Of a stretch of DNA of 64,000 nucleotides, positions 1 through 15,529 are shown piece by piece (the first letter of the stretch is position 1; each line of letters begins with the position of its first letter). The stretch comes from the human T2T-CHM13v2.0 reference genome, Homo sapiens, in assembly GCF_009914755.1 (NCBI RefSeq), contig NC_060939.1; one strand, given 5' to 3'. The notes beneath the pieces are model-generated. The model had not been told where the DNA came from, did no database searches, and saw only the letters and a list, made by a program, of their open reading frames with translations. Made by a program: the position numbers and the translations under genes.

Positions 1-230
1 CAGGTCTGATGATCAATTGGACATGGAAAATAAGGGACATAAGTCAAAGATGACTTGAAGAGTTCTAGCTGAGGCAACAGAGTGTATTTTAATGCCATTA
101 GCTGAGGTATAGAATTCCATAGGGAAATGCAGATTTGAGGATGAAAACAACTGAGGATGAGGTTAGCAGCTCTATTTTCAAAATGTTGAGATTATTTCAG
201 AAGTGGATGTGGGACTTTAGTTTGTGTAGG
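1..230 (-). mobile_element. L2 LINE fragment
   Basis: Degenerate L2-like motif gatgact...ttctagctgaggcaac...tgccattagctgag. Confidence 0.5.
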
Positions 231-3200
231 ATAATTATATCTGTTGAGGGGAAATACATTGTGGAAGGATATTTAACCATTTGGTTTGCATATTATAGCC
301 AAATCATAGGTGGCCTTATTTCCTTGTCTGTTCAATTAGTTTTACTTGGTTATGTTTGTAAAGAGATCAAGCAAAAATCCTTTCAACATTTTAAAATATT
401 TCTAAAAGCAGCAATGTATTTCCAATCCTAAAGGCATCTATACAGTTTGGCAAGCATGCAATATGGAGATTGGGGAAGAAACAGTAAAATTCAGGGTGGG
501 AGTGCTGCATGTTATAACTGAGGACAGATGTGGTCTCATGGAAATGCTTGTAGTATACATAAAGAAGGCATCACACATCCTTGAATTAATAGGAATATAT
601 ATTCTAATTAATTGACAGCAAGAGCTGTTGATAGAATGAAAGAATAGATCTCAAGCTCCCTAAGCAAGCACCCAGACACAGCCAAATAAATTGCTGAGAC
701 TCTGTCTTTATATAACATATGATGCAGTGTTGCAGTAATCAGCCTATGTTTTCCTGTATTCCATCCATTATTTAGGATTTGAGGCTGTTTTTTACACTTA
801 AATTTTGCATGCGTAAAAGAGAAAATCTAGAGATGGAAATTAGAACAAAGAGAAAATTAAAAATTCAGAAAGAATGCTTTAATTCAGATAAAATGGCCAC
901 CACATTGTGTAAAGAGTCTGTGACTTTAAAAAATAAAAATAAAAACTATACCATAGGCACTCCTTCATTGTGATACTTTTTCCAGAAAAAAATGATGAGT
1001 TCTACCAGGACATCAACATTTTCGTGTTATGTCTTGTGATCAAAATATATTGTCATACTGGGGGTTAGGATTAAAAATAGAATTTTCTCTGTACTAAGTT
1101 AACACATTACCTTGCTTTATTAGTAGCATCTTCAAAAAACAAACAAACAAAAACCCTGAATGAATCATTTCAGACAATTTATCTATGTACATGTTAAATC
1201 CCTAGGAAACATTTAAACAAGTCAAGTCGAAAAGGTGGAGGGAAGGGGTTTCCTGAAACCTGAGCACTGGTCCAGACCCTTAACTTTCATTTATAGCACT
1301 GTCTCATGAAGGAAAGAATTACTTCAGGCTGTTTGCTAAAAACATTGCTTGTGTGTTTATATTGTACTGATTTTTGCAACACAAATATTTTAATCCAGAC
1401 TATTCATACAGACCCTTTATTTTAATATGCAATTGATTAGCTAGTATTGTACAGAAAGAGAGAGTAATTGTAAATGGCCCAAGTAGTCTATAAATATTCC
1501 CCTTAGGAGTGCCAAAATTGCAAGCCATAATAGTGATGGAAAGTTGAATAAACTTCTGTAAATTAAAATTTACTTCCTAATGATGTCTCTACCAAACCAA
1601 TATTATCATTACCATTTACTGAGCAATTTATTTGGTGCCAGGCTCTGAGTTTATGGGGAAGGACATAAAGATAAATAAGATTCAATCTTTTCTCTCTAAA
1701 GTTAGTAGTTTAGAGAAGTTAAAAGTATTACCAGCTGTCTATAAGAACAATTATAAATGCTATTATGTACACAGATTCACATCTGTACATAGCATGATAA
1801 GCACACAAGCACAGTGCCTGGCCCACAGGAAGTGTTCAATAAATATCAATTATTACTATCAGTAAAGGCTTCATATAAATAGAAATTTAATACAGAAATG
1901 GTGTTGGGCACTGAATATTGTACAGTTCAGACTCCAGGGACTAAGTAAGAGTAACCACAGAGCATCATCTCTTTGGGTACAAAGGAAGGTGGGTGAGGGC
2001 CATGCTGGTAGGAAACAAGTGTGCAAATAAAATGATGCAGAGTGAGAAAAATCAAGAAATCCAAAAGGAATGAAACTGGGTCAGGAGCAAAAGAAAGCTT
2101 CATGTAAAATAAGCAGGTAACACAATTCCCCAGCAGGATGAAGGGTATGCCATTGGAGTAGCTATGTTCTTTTGGTTGTGCAGCCAGTGTGGATGACTTT
2201 CTCAAGAGACACAGGAACAGCCCATGCTACTGCTATTATTAGGCACTGCAAGAGGGGCATGTGGAAGGAGGGTACGGCATTCAGAACATCTGTAATGAGA
2301 ATGGACCGGTATTATCAGAGCATGGCATTCATTACCTCTCTCACAACTTACCCAGAATTGCACATGTTTTAACACAACAGAAGAATTGCTCATAAATCTC
2401 TTGAATTCATAAGCATTTCGGTCCTGTTGTGGGAATTGGGAACTTGGAGTCTTTACGCTCCAGGACACTCAAACCACTCCTTAAAACTCTGCTTGCAATT
2501 TTTAGCTCACTACATAACAAAAGACACCAGATTCCTCAGGATCCAAGATGGAGATTCCCTGCTGGGATGCAACTAATTCATCCATTAACTTTATCCTGTT
2601 AAAGGTTTTCTAAACTTGCATTAAAAAATTATTGTTTGGTGGAGAATACTAGGCAAAACAGAAAAGCTTTGGGAGCCTGGACCCAAGGATGAAACACCTA
2701 AGGAGTATTCTACGCTCCTTTAATGCTTTGCAAAATTTTCGTATTGTGGTGCACATAGAAATGAATTCTGAATGTGAGTCAAACAGTGGGAGGGCACTGT
2801 TGGCAGCTGGATCTGTTGGAAAGCTGCTCACTTACGAAAAATGCTGCAAGGAAAATTGTGATTTTCCTGCTTGGCATTCACTTTAATTCAGCAATCCTTT
2901 CCTTTAAAAATGTAAAATAGCAAGAATATGGTAAATGGAGTGCATTTTTATTTGTTTATGACTTGAGAGTTTCTGCCTTGTGAAAAGGCTAAAAGACCTA
3001 AAGGCAGAGGAATCTTTCCTCTCAGAGGGGAAGTGTTGTGGAAGAAAATAAAGGTTGAGTTAGGTATTCAGCAAGATTCAGTCACTCTCAGGGGAAATGT
3101 CCTTCATTTGGGGAGACTCTGAAACTCATTCAGGCTACCAGAGTACCAGTTAGCACATGGCAATTGTAATTCTCTAAATGGAACCCTGGTGGCCTAAAAG

Positions 3201-3840
3201 AATCAATGCTACCAAAGAGACAAACTTACCTACAGGGAGCAAATTAGGTGCCAGCAGAATGTCTGATTATTTTGCTATTTATATTTATAGAGTCAGTGAG
3301 TCAACGAGTATTTATTGACCTCCCAGAGGTTGCACAGCTCTCTAATAAATGTTTGGGTGCTTATTACTGGTTAGACACAGTCTCCTGCCCTCAAGGAGAT
3401 TTACAATCTAATCAAGGTGATAACTATCCTTTAAAATGGACACTTTTTAATAAATATAACAAAGGCAAGTTAGAAAGTTTGGACTGGAGATTTTATTGAC
3501 ACATTGGAAAATGAGATAATAAATCAGGAACAAACCTCTAGAAGTTGAGGTTTGAGGGTTTTTTGTTTGTTGCTTTTTTTTTTTTGGTCTTTGTTTCTTG
3601 TTTTGTTTTGGTCTTAAGGGCAGAGATATAACCAATAAAAGAAGAGAATTATTTGAAACTTTCAGAAAAGCCTGGGTTGGGAATTTTTTAGATTAAACAA
3701 AGGAAAAAAAAAAACAATGTTAGCACAAAATTAATCCTGTCTTGTATGGAAGGCTAAAAGATACAATATGGCCTGAGTTAATTAAGAGAGAAAATAGACT
3801 TTGTGCATTTAATCGGCTGATAGAAGCTTTAAAGAAAAAA

Positions 3841-4887
3841 GGTACGGAGAGCAGAAAGGTGTGATACCTTTCCTCACCCATCATAAGGGTCATGGCCAAC
3901 ACTCTTGTGACAAAGGTCAGGCTAACAATACGTATCAGTTCATTTCCAAGCTGCTGATAAAGATACACCTGAGACAGGGTAATTTATAAAGAAAAAGAGG
4001 TTTAGTGGACTCACAGTTCCACGTGGCTGAGGAGGCCTCACAATCATGATGAGAGAAGAACAAAGGCACGTCTTACCTGGGCACAGGCAAGAGAGAAAAT
4101 GAGAGCCAAGTGAGAGCCTTATAAAACCATCAGATCACATGAGACTTATTCACTACCACAGGAACAGTATGGGGGAAACCACCCCATGATTCAATTATCT
4201 CCCACCAGGTCCCTCCCACAACACATGGGAATTATGGGAGCTACAATTCAAGATGAAATTTGGGTGGGGACACAGCCAAACCATATCACAATAATAAACC
4301 ATAGCAGATTTATATAATCAAAGTTCTGTGCAGCACAGAAGGCTTCAGAAATGAAAACCCAAAGACCCAAGGGAAAATTGTCCATTTTTATGCTTAGATT
4401 CAATGAAGAATGGACAGCCATGTAGAAATGTGATTGGACACAAAAAGAATAATCCAATGGTAATAGACTGAGAAGGGAAACCTAGCAAGGCCTATCAGTT
4501 CAGATTCTTCTGGACCTCTGTGTTTGGTAAGGGAAGAACCCCTTCTGGAATGACAGTCTCATGATCTAGTTTCAGACAAGGTAGGTCTGATGATTTCTTC
4601 ATGGCCAGCTCTTCCACAGAAAGACAAGATAAGGTTGGAATAATGTTTCTAGGTCTTATAGCTGCTTTCAGGAGGGGTGGGAGCGGGGAAGGACGTGGTT
4701 TTTATGATCTGCCTTGGGGAAAAGGAATTCTAGTTTCTATGGCCTGCCTTGGGGCAGAGAGAGGAGCAGAAAAAAGAAGGGCAGGAGAAGGTCAGAAGAG
4801 ACTTTGCTTCCTGTGTTCTTCTTATGTTCAAAGTACTCAGCATGCCAAAGAGCCATACTTTGGGGTATCATTTTCTGAACCCCAACA
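3841..4887 (-). mobile_element. ERV1 solo LTR (MER39-group), interrupted by a THE1 LTR
   Basis: Right end reverse-complements to TGTTGGGGTTCAGAAAATGATACCCCAAAGTATGG, typical of MER39-like LTR starts. The sequence resumes on both sides of the THE1 insertion. Confidence 0.65.
3931..4288 (-). mobile_element. THE1 (MaLR) solo LTR
   Basis: Ends ...cacagccaaaccatatca (reverse complement of TGATATGGTTTGGCTGTG). Perfect 5-bp TSD CAATA at 3926-3930 and 4289-4293. Confidence 0.92.
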
Positions 4888-5699
4888 AATGTTAATACCC
4901 AGTAAAGAAGTCGTTGGAGGTTATTAGTAACAGCCATACGTGAACTGAGTAATTGCAATACTAAGAAATGAACAATACTTTTTAGCCATGTGCAGAAAAA
5001 CTTTGAGTAAGAGAAGCTTGGGACTAAGGAGATGTCAACCAAAAACAGCCAATCATCTTGTATCCTGGTCTATATAAAACTCTCTGGTGGTGCTAGAGAA
5101 GAACAGACAGTGAGAAACAAAGATGCCTTTGCAGGGAATCTTTTGAAGGGATAAAAATGTAGCTAAGAAGCTCAGTTTCAGTCATATTGAGTTTGATAAT
5201 GGCAACAGGAAATCTAGTGAGTGTTTGTAGTAATGGCCAGGAGAAATCTGGGACCAAAAAGGGAAATTTGTTTAAGAGGAGAATGAATGTGGTAATTGAA
5301 TTTATAGATAAAAGTGTAATGTTGGATGAAAACACCAAAAGAATTTTTCCCATATGAAGGAAATGATAGTGAGGAGAGATGAATTATAGTTGCATTTGAG
5401 ATGTTCTTCCAAAGATTTCTTTTCTGTGAAAAGACATAATTTTATTACACTTGTTTAATATTCACTGAGCTTAAGAAGTTTTATCTAGGGTGCTGGTTGG
5501 AGTAGCAGAGATGAAATGCTTCAACTAGGGGTAATAGAAGATTTAGGGACATTTACCAAATGATTCTAGAGCCTCCCTGAAACTCTTCTTACCACAAGTT
5601 GGCCTTCCATGCTAAGCAGGGCCTCTTGCTACCTTGAATTCTACAGCCGTATCCATAACACAGTCCCATGCTATACCCATGGCTCTGCAAAGTGGTGTT

Positions 5700-5897
5700 A
5701 CAGAAACCAAGCAACTCAAATCTTAGTTCTGTGACATATGATCTTAACTCTTAAGCCGCTTCGAGCATCCATTTCTTCAACCGTAAAATAGAGTTTAATA
5801 ATAGGTTCCATCTCAGAGGGATGTTGTGAATATTAAACGAGATAATACATAGCTCATGTCTGGCATACAGTAAGTACTAGATAAATGTTAGCTATTA
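5700..5897 (+). mobile_element. MIR SINE
   Basis: Core-like ...cgtaaaatagag...gttgtgaatattaaacgagataat...tctggcatacagtaagtactagataaatgttagc. Confidence 0.7.
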
Positions 5898-6315
5898 CTC
5901 TAATATATATTTGGGTACATATATATAAATGTATATTAAATATGCTGTTAACTTATAACTGTTCATTTTTTTCTCCTTTCTATAAATATCCTCTTACAAA
6001 TTCATGTCCTTCTTTAGAATCTACAGTAAGTTCCATATTTTCAGCAACACCCACCCCACTCTGATTACTTTTAATATTTTTTCAAAATTATTACTGTGCC
6101 TTTTTAAGCTACATTATCACTCATTTCAGCTCAATACAGTTACATTTTAAAGGACTAAGGATATGAAATCTAAAGATATAGGCCATTAGCGTTAGCTGTA
6201 AACTTGGACAAGTTTCTTAACCTCTATGAATCTAAGTTTTCTGTTTTTATGAACAAATAGCAACAAACATGTGCATCATCAGCATTGCAGGACTATTATT
6301 AAAAGTAATTTTTAT

Positions 6316-6665
<350 letters not shown>

Positions 6666-9249
6666 TTATATAACAGCTGCAGCGATTTTAAAATTCTTGT
6701 TATAAGCCATTCTTAGTGGCATACTTATCACTGATTAGGGAGGAACTTTGAGAATAGACACCATTGCATCTAGTACAGAATATTCATAATGTTAGCACTT
6801 AAGAAATACTTTCTACGCATCTCGACGGAGGAGAGGCTTGACAGCCACAGAAAGAATACAGACACTGACCAAGAGAGCGGAACCCTATCCCATAGAGTGA
6901 TCTTTTCAAGTAGGGAGATATTAAGGGTAAGTGACCACAGCTGGAAAGACTCACTAGCAAGTGGTACTGACTCCTCCCCATATGCTACGTTAGCCTTGAT
7001 GGCAACAATGGAGTTTGAAGTTTTTGAACAAAGGAATTATTGATTTCTTGGTTTAAACTTGCCACCTTATCCCTAGTTGCAATGTAGTAATTGCCACTTT
7101 GTGAACGGCTCTTTACAAGTCTTAAATCAAGCATACTTATATAGAGGATCTTGAATTATATGGTTAACATATAATCTTCAGAGCATGGAATTTTTGAGTT
7201 AGCACACCATGTTACACAGGGCTCTAGAGGGCTGAAACTAGCTTTCTGGTTATTAATGGCATAAACGGAGCTCTAGAGTCAAATATATAGAAGCATGAGC
7301 TGATATCAAGAAAGCAGTATTTGAGTAGTATCTGAAGTCCTAGGAGTGACAACTTCTGCAAACTGCCCATTTATCTCAAAAGCCTCCAACTCTCATCCAA
7401 CTTTAAGTACTCTACAACTATTCCATGTCTTCTGGTTCACCTTGTAGTCTCTCACCGAACTCCAGCTCTGAATCTCTTTCTGTCTGTCATATACTTTCTT
7501 TATGGGTAATCAATCAATTGAACTGCTATTATTGACAGGTGAGAAAGAGCTTTAAAAAGCAAAAGATGTCAACTTCAAGAATAATAATAGGAACCAGAAT
7601 AAAGCCAAACCAGCTTATTCTTACCTTGAAACCAAATTCAAGTCCATTAAAAAATAGTAACAGTCACACATCCAAAAGTAAGTCACAAGCAACCTAAATA
7701 AATACCTAATTATTTCAAAGCACACCATGCCTCACGCCCAATAACTTCTTTTGAAACCAGCTTTCTTTATTTCTGTCTGTATGAACCATACATCAACTCT
7801 TTCTCCTCCCTGTTTTTAAGAATCCGGATCCTCTGCCACCAAACCCAGCTCTTGTTAGCATGTAGGCTCTTGCCCTTTTTCTCCCCTGCTTATCCTCCCA
7901 ACAAGGTCTGTTCTTTTCTCCAACTACTGCTGCACTCTCTCCTTTTCTATGTGAATTAATATTTTCTGTTTTCTTCAGCTCTCTACTTAGCCTATCAACA
8001 CCACAATAATCACAGGCAAGAAAGAGAAAGCGGAGGCGAGAGGAAAAGATTATGAACAGTCAGGTTTAAGAGGTTTGGCTGTCATAAAAATTAAGATTTA
8101 AAACTTGAAAAATTCCCCAAGTTTTAAACACTGTCTGAACTTGATAGCATATAAGTAATGAGCAAAAACATTTAAAACCCTCCTAAATATTTTGTACACC
8201 TGGATATGCCCCCCAGGAAATTCCTAGCAGTGACTGCTGCTTTAATTTTCCCCAAGTATGGCAGACAATAGTGAAGAATTCCTGTCAGTCCTCTCCCATG
8301 AATTCAGTTTCAAAGCTGTTAGCACAACACTAGTATTTCAACATTCCTTTGGCTTTACCATCTTTATGTTCATTTTAAATTAAGAAGTCTGAAGCAGATC
8401 TTATCAAATCCATGATATTGTTAAGAGCACTTCAAGGTCCTTTTAAAAACAAGAATTACTTACATCAACCTACTTTATTGCTTCATTTTTCTGACTCTAA
8501 AGGACACAAAGTATACTAAAGCAATTTAACGTGGCTGTAACCTACAATTTTAACTTACCCTGAGGGGCCATTTCACCTCTTGTTTTACTTTTCCAGACCA
8601 AATCAATAGAGGGAAGAATCATGTCAAGACACATGTCATAATTGTATTAAAGGTCAATGAGGTTTAAAGAAATTGGGCTCTACTCATCAATAATTGGCCC
8701 ACAATTTGTGCCAAGGTATAGGGTGAAATGCTATTCACCTGAAACATCTCTAAGTTTATTCTACCTATTGTTGGCACCTGAGGGAACTATAACTAAACAT
8801 ATGCTTAGGGTCTGAAAGTCAGCGATCAACAAAGACTTTCTCTTAAGAAAGTAAGAGGTAATAATTCAGCAAGAAACTTGCACAGTCCACCTTCTTCATC
8901 ACAAAAGATGTTAAAGTAGACTCTTGGTGTTCGCAGACCTAACAGTGAGGGACTTACTGTTAGCAAGCTCAAAGATCTTCGCTGTCATGCAATTTGCAAC
9001 TTTGCTGAGGCATGAGTTTAAATTTCAGGTGATATAAAGTTGGTGTAGAAAAATTGGCACAACTCTGGGAAAGGGATCCTCAATAGCTGTGCAGTATCTA
9101 AGTATGCCCTCAGCTTTCTCGTCCTCTACTTAATATCACATAGATTGTAACTGCCACTAAGGCTCTAAAAGGGTCTTTAAATTCCTCAGCTGGAATTCAC
9201 TGTGCTCGGGGAAATTTGGGTAGTGGTAGTATTTGTACACTTGAAGAAT

Positions 9250-9629
9250 TACAAAGGGACCCAGTATTGGAATGGGAAGTACAGGGAAGCTAATGAGGGA
9301 GCTCCTGGGAGGCGTTTCTTGTCTTATAAGGCACAGGCATGAGTAGATGGCTCAATGGTGCTGTCCATTCCCCTCTTCTTATCTTGAAGAATAACCAGAT
9401 ACCTAGATCTGTGACAGCCACCTTGCAGCTGTGAAGTGACAGGCCAGAAAATAAAAATCTAATACACTAAGTATGGTGGAGAGGAAAGAGAAAGAGCTTG
9501 GGCCCTTTAAGAAACTGTTAAACGAAATAGTCTATTAAAAGAAATAGTCTGCCACCTATGTCCAGACTTACTTTGTGAGACAATTAAATGTCCCTATTGT
9601 GAGAAGCTGAAAGCATTCCTGTTGATACA
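9250..9629 (+). mobile_element. Old MLT1 (J/K-like) MaLR LTR
   Basis: cagccaccttgcagctgtgaag...tccagacttactttgtgagacaattaaatg...gctgaaagcattcct..tgataca terminus. Confidence 0.6.
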
Positions 9630-10679
9630 GTGGTGAGCAATAGTGTCCCTCCTCCTCAAGGAGTATAATTGATTCAAGGAAATAATACAAGAACTCAAAT
9701 GACTTTGACGACTAGTAGAGAAATATATATATATATGCCATGTGAAAAGTGAAAACAAAGTGCTATGAAGGCTTACTGTTGGGAGGGACCTTTTCTACCT
9801 GGGGTAAACTGAGAAAGCAAAGGCCTGGTGAGGTCATGGAGAGAACCAGTTGAGGCAGGAAGGGGAGCTCTCACAGAGATCTGCATTTATCTTCTGGCTC
9901 TGCCACATACAAGCTGTGCAATCTTGAACATGTAGTTTGGACTCCTTAGAATTTCAATTCCTTTGGAGGGTTTCATTGGCTATCAGCAAAACTTTGGGTA
10001 AAGAACCTAGACCAAGTAAGCAGTCATGAAGTAGCAGCTATTATTTTTAAAGAAATAGTATAGTATTCCACAGCCTATTTTCACCAGAGAAACTAGACCG
10101 TCGATTCCAATCTGCCCTAACTCATGAATATGATCCAATCGAAATGAGACTTATTACAATGGTCAATTAAAACAGGCAGTGCCTATTTAATGACTGCAGT
10201 AAACAAAAAAGGAAGAATCAATATTCTCCCCACCCAACATCCCCCTGTAGATGAAATGAATATTACTGCTTCTGCAGATAAAGATTTAGAATTCATGTTT
10301 TCTCCAGGTAATGTTGAGAAGTTTTACCTCATTAAGTTCTCACATTAAGTCCAATAACATGTATTATTATCTACATTTTACAGATGAGAAAGCTGAAGTT
10401 CCTATAATTTAAAAAATGACTTTAAATCAGACATCTACTTGAATAGAAGATGAAACTTGTACTTATTGTATCTAATTTTAAAACCTTCTTTCTTATCACT
10501 ACATCATACTGCTTCCAGTTAGAATCAAATCCATTCTCTTCCCCATGTTCTTAACTGGTTTGAGTGTTTAGGCATATGGCAAGATTGTTCTCTCTCTCTT
10601 TCCTTCAAACACTGCCACCACCAGAGTTGGTTGTCCATATTTACATTCATGGAAGTGGTGTTGTCGAAAAGATCAGAAC

Positions 10680-10915
10680 TGATGTTTATTGGGCACCTAC
10701 TATGTGCCATTAATGGTGCCGGGCAGGTTACAGCACATTTATTCCTCAGAACAATGTAAAAGGTAGATATTACCGCCCCTATTTACCGCAAAAAGAGACT
10801 CAGAGTTTAAGAGGTTAAATACTGATTTTCTTGCATAAAATAAGAGATAATAAGTGAGAGGGTCAGAACCCAAACTCAGTTCTGCCTAAATCTGAAGTTC
10901 AAGTCTTTTCTCTAC
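10680..10915 (-). mobile_element. MIR SINE
   Basis: tttattgggcacctactatgtgcc...agaggttaaat...agaacccaaactcag. Confidence 0.6.
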
Positions 10916-11858
10916 ACAAGTTTCCCTCTTCAACATCCCTCTACCCTCCACTTCATATTTTCATCACCAACTCACTCCCAGCTCAGCTGCAGCCTTAAAA
11001 ATAAAAGCCTGCATTCCCAGAATAGGAAAAAACAAAATGAACCTCATTTATAAAGATTTTCCCTTGGTTGATCAACCAGTAGCTCCCTAGAAGTTTGACT
11101 CAAAAAACTTGTTTTATCTTGCCTAACTTGGAATTCATGCAGCACCAAAGCACTATCTGGAAGGCATTTGCTGAAAATATTTATAGGCAATAAATAAGAG
11201 TTGGGGCAATGGGTCAAAGAAGCAATCACAAAGAAAATAAGAAAATACTTTGAGATGAATGAAAAACAAAAACACAACATATCAAAATATGGGATGCAGC
11301 AGAAGCAGTGTTCAGAGAGAAATTTATAGCTGTAAACAACTACATTATAAGAGAAGAAAGATCTTAAGTCAATAACCTAACTTTCCACAATAAGAAACAA
11401 AAAGAAAGGGAAAAGAACATGATAAACTGAAAACAAAGAGAAAGAAGATATAAAAATATTAGGGTGGAGATATAAACAAAATAGAGAATAGGAAATATAG
11501 AAATAAATGAAATCAAAAGGTGGTACTTTTGATTTTTTCAAAGATTAAAAAATGACAAGTCTTTAGCTATACTGAAAAAAAGAGAAGACTCAAATTATTA
11601 AAATCAGAAGTGAAAGTGGGAACATTACTACCAACCTTTCAGAAATAAAAAGGATAAGAGAATGCAATGAACAGTTGTATGTCAAGAAATTGGATAACCC
11701 AAATGAAATGGACAAATTTCTTGAAATATACATGTTATCAAAACTCACTAAAAAAAAAAAAAACTAAATAGACTATAACAAGTAGAGACAATTGGTAATC
11801 AAAAATTGCAATGAAGAAAAGCCCAGAATCAGATGTATTCACTTGTGAATTGTACTAA

Positions 11859-12203
<345 letters not shown>

Positions 12204-13098
12204 TAAAAATATAAGAAGGAACATTTCTTAACTCATTTTATGAGGATCCTATTACCTTGATATCAAAACTAGGTAAAGACACTACAAGAAAAGAAAAATA
12301 CAGACCAATATCCCTTAACAAAATACTAGCAAACCAAATCTAGGAGCATATTAAATGAATTAAATCTTGTCAAGATGATAAGCAGTTTATCCCAGGAATG
12401 CAAAGTTGGTTCAACAGGAAAAAAATTAATCGATGTAATACATCATATTAGTAGAATAAAAGGGGGAAAACCCCACATGAGCATCTCCATAAACAGAAGG
12501 ATGCGATAAAATCTAATACCCTTTCATGATAAAAACACTCAACAAACTAAGAATAGAAGGGAACTTCCCCAGCCTGATGAAGGTAATTTATGAAAAACCC
12601 ACAACTAACATTACACTTAATGGTTAAAGACTGAAAGCTTTTTCCTTAAGATCAGTAAAAAGACAAGGATGTCTACTCTTGCCATTTCTATTCATATCAT
12701 TAAGGGAAATGATATAGAAAGCCCTAAAGGAGTAAAAAATATGAAACCTATTAGCGCTAATAAACAAGTTCAATAAAGTTCCAGTGCACAAGATTGATAC
12801 ACAAAAGTAAGTTATATTTTTATACATTAGCCAGCAACAATCCAAAAATGAAATTACGAAAACAACTTACTAACAATAACATCGAAAATAATTGAATAGA
12901 AGTAAATTTAACCAAGGAAGTGAAGAAAACTTCAAAACATTGTTAAAATAAATTAAAGACCTAAATGAATAAAAGGTCATGCTATATTCATTAAGTGAAA
13001 GACTTAATATTGTTAGGATGACAGTACTACCGAAATCTGTAGATTCAATGAAATCTGTGTCTGTATTAATGCAATCTATACATCTATAGTCAATTTGA

Positions 13099-13433
<335 letters not shown>

Positions 13434-13605
13434 TAAAGAAAAAATAGTTTTTTTTAAGAAATGCCACTGGGACAATTGGATGTCCATATGTAAATAACTG
13501 GACCCCATACCTAACACCACATATAAAAATTAATCTCAGAATTGACCAAATACACAAAGCTTATGGAAACATAGATGTAAATCTTCATAACCTTGGATCA
13601 GGCAA

Positions 13606-13705
13606 TTTTTCTTTTTTTTGAGACGGAGTTTTGCTCCTCAGGTGATCCTCCCACCTTGGCCTCCCAAAGTGCTGGGATTACAGGCATGAGCCACCGTGCC
13701 CAGCC
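13606..13705 (-). mobile_element. Internally deleted AluS (about 100 bp)
   Basis: Alu 3' end (gagacggagttttgctc) joined directly to the 5' arm (ctcaggtgatcc...cccagcc). Confidence 0.9.
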
Positions 13706-14006
13706 TGGGTGATATTTCTTAACTATGATACCAAAACATAAGCAACAAAACAATATAGATAAGTTGGACTTAATCAAAATTAAAAATGTTTGTGCATCAA
13801 AGGACACTCTCAAGAAAGTGAAAAGATAATCCACAAGGTGAAAGAACATTTTTATAAATCATATATCTGATAAAGTTCTCATGCCCAGAATATATTTTAT
13901 ATAAAGAACAATAAAAATTCCTCAAAAGTATTTAAAAACAAGTGAAGTAAAAACAGACAAAAAGGAACAATGAAAAGTCAATCTAATTAAAAACTGGAAA
14001 AAAGAC

Positions 14007-14330
14007 AGCCAGGCGCGGTGGCTCACGCCTGTAATCCCAGCACTTTAGGAGGCAGGTGGATGGATCACCTGAGCTCAAGTTTGAGACCAGCCTGACCAAC
14101 ATGGTGAATCCTCGTCTCTACTAAATACAAAAAATTAGCTGGGCATGGTGGCACACGCCTGTAATCCCAGCTACTTGGGAGAGTGAGGCAGGAGAATAGC
14201 TTAACCTGGGAGATGGAGGTTACAGTGATCCGAGATTGTGCCATCGCACTCCAGCCTGGGCAACAAGAGAGAAACTCCATCCCAAACAACAACAACAACA
14301 ACAACAACAAACAACAACAACAACAACAAC
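14007..14330 (+). mobile_element. AluS (Sq/Sp-like) with (CAA)n tail
   Basis: Dimer with (CAA)n at ~14284-14330; degenerate TSD aaactgga(a/c)aaa. Confidence 0.95.
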
Positions 14331-15330
14331 AAACTGGACAAAGGATATTTTGGACAAACAGCTATTTCTCCAAAAAAGATATACAAATGGCAAATAAATG
14401 CATGAACAGGTTAGCCACATCATTAGTCATTAGGGAAATGCAGATCAAAACCACAATGAAATATACACTAATAAAACATACACTTAATAAAATATACACT
14501 TAATAAAACATACACTAAATTGGTTATAATTTTACAAATAGGAATTAATAACTCTTGGTGAGGATATGAAGAAATTGGAACCTGCATACATTACTAGTGA
14601 AAAATTCCAATCTTATGTATGTACCCAAAAGGACTGAAAGCATATGTTTGCACAAAAACTCGCACATGAGTTTGACTATTTTTTTCACATTGAATAGTCT
14701 TGGCACCATTGTCAACAATCAATTGACTATAGATGTATAGATTTAATTAATATAGACATAGATTGCATTGAGTCTATAGATTTGGGTAGTATTGCCATCT
14801 TAACAATATTAAGTCTTTCAGCAATATGTTCATAATAATCAAATAATGGAAACAAACCAAATGTTCATCAACTGATACACGGATTTTTAAAATGTGATAT
14901 ATCCATACAGTAGAATACTATTCATTGATGAAAAGGAGTGTGTAATGATACAGGCTACAATATGGATGCACCTTGAAAACATTATGCTGAATGAAAAAAG
15001 TCAGACACAGAAGGTTACATATTGTTTAAGTTCATTTACATGCAATGCCCAGAGGAGGCAAATATATAGAAACAGAAAGTAAATTAGTGGTTGCCAGAGA
15101 ATGGGGGAGTTAACACATAAAAATCCCATTCTATATGCCAAGTCCTCTGCTAAGTCCTTTGCAGATATTATCTCATCTGATCACTGCAGATAGGTACAAG
15201 TATTATCCTGCTTTTATATTATATCTGGCAAAATTGGAGCATGAAAATGATTAAGTAAATTCATACATCTAGTATGTAGCAGAACTAGAAGGTAAGCTTA
15301 GGTCTTGCCAACTTTAAGCCTGGAATCTCA

Positions 15331-15529
15331 AAGGTGGTATGCAGGAGCTGAATCCTACAAGCTTGAAAACTAATTGCCTGCATCTTTTCCCAACTTCAAG
15401 TTCAGTAACTTCATGTTCACAGACTGAAATTGGCTATGGTGGAAATATTATGTATTTACATAGTGGAAATTGGCAAATACTACAAATCAGGGTTGTTTTT
15501 TCTGAACAGTTTACTAGCTCTCAACCACT
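15331..15529 (+). mobile_element. MER63A-like hAT-Blackjack MITE
   Basis: catcttttcccaact...gaaattggctatggtgg...gaaattggcaaatactacaaatcaggg, matching recalled MER63. Confidence 0.7.

Noticed and set aside
10290-10315. AG|GT juxtaposition ttttctccag|gtaatg
   Set aside because: Upstream of the CDIN1 promoter, with no evidence of a host transcript.
14183-14503. ORF with poly-N/poly-Q tract
   Set aside because: Translation of an Alu (CAA)n tail plus L1 ORF2 remnant.
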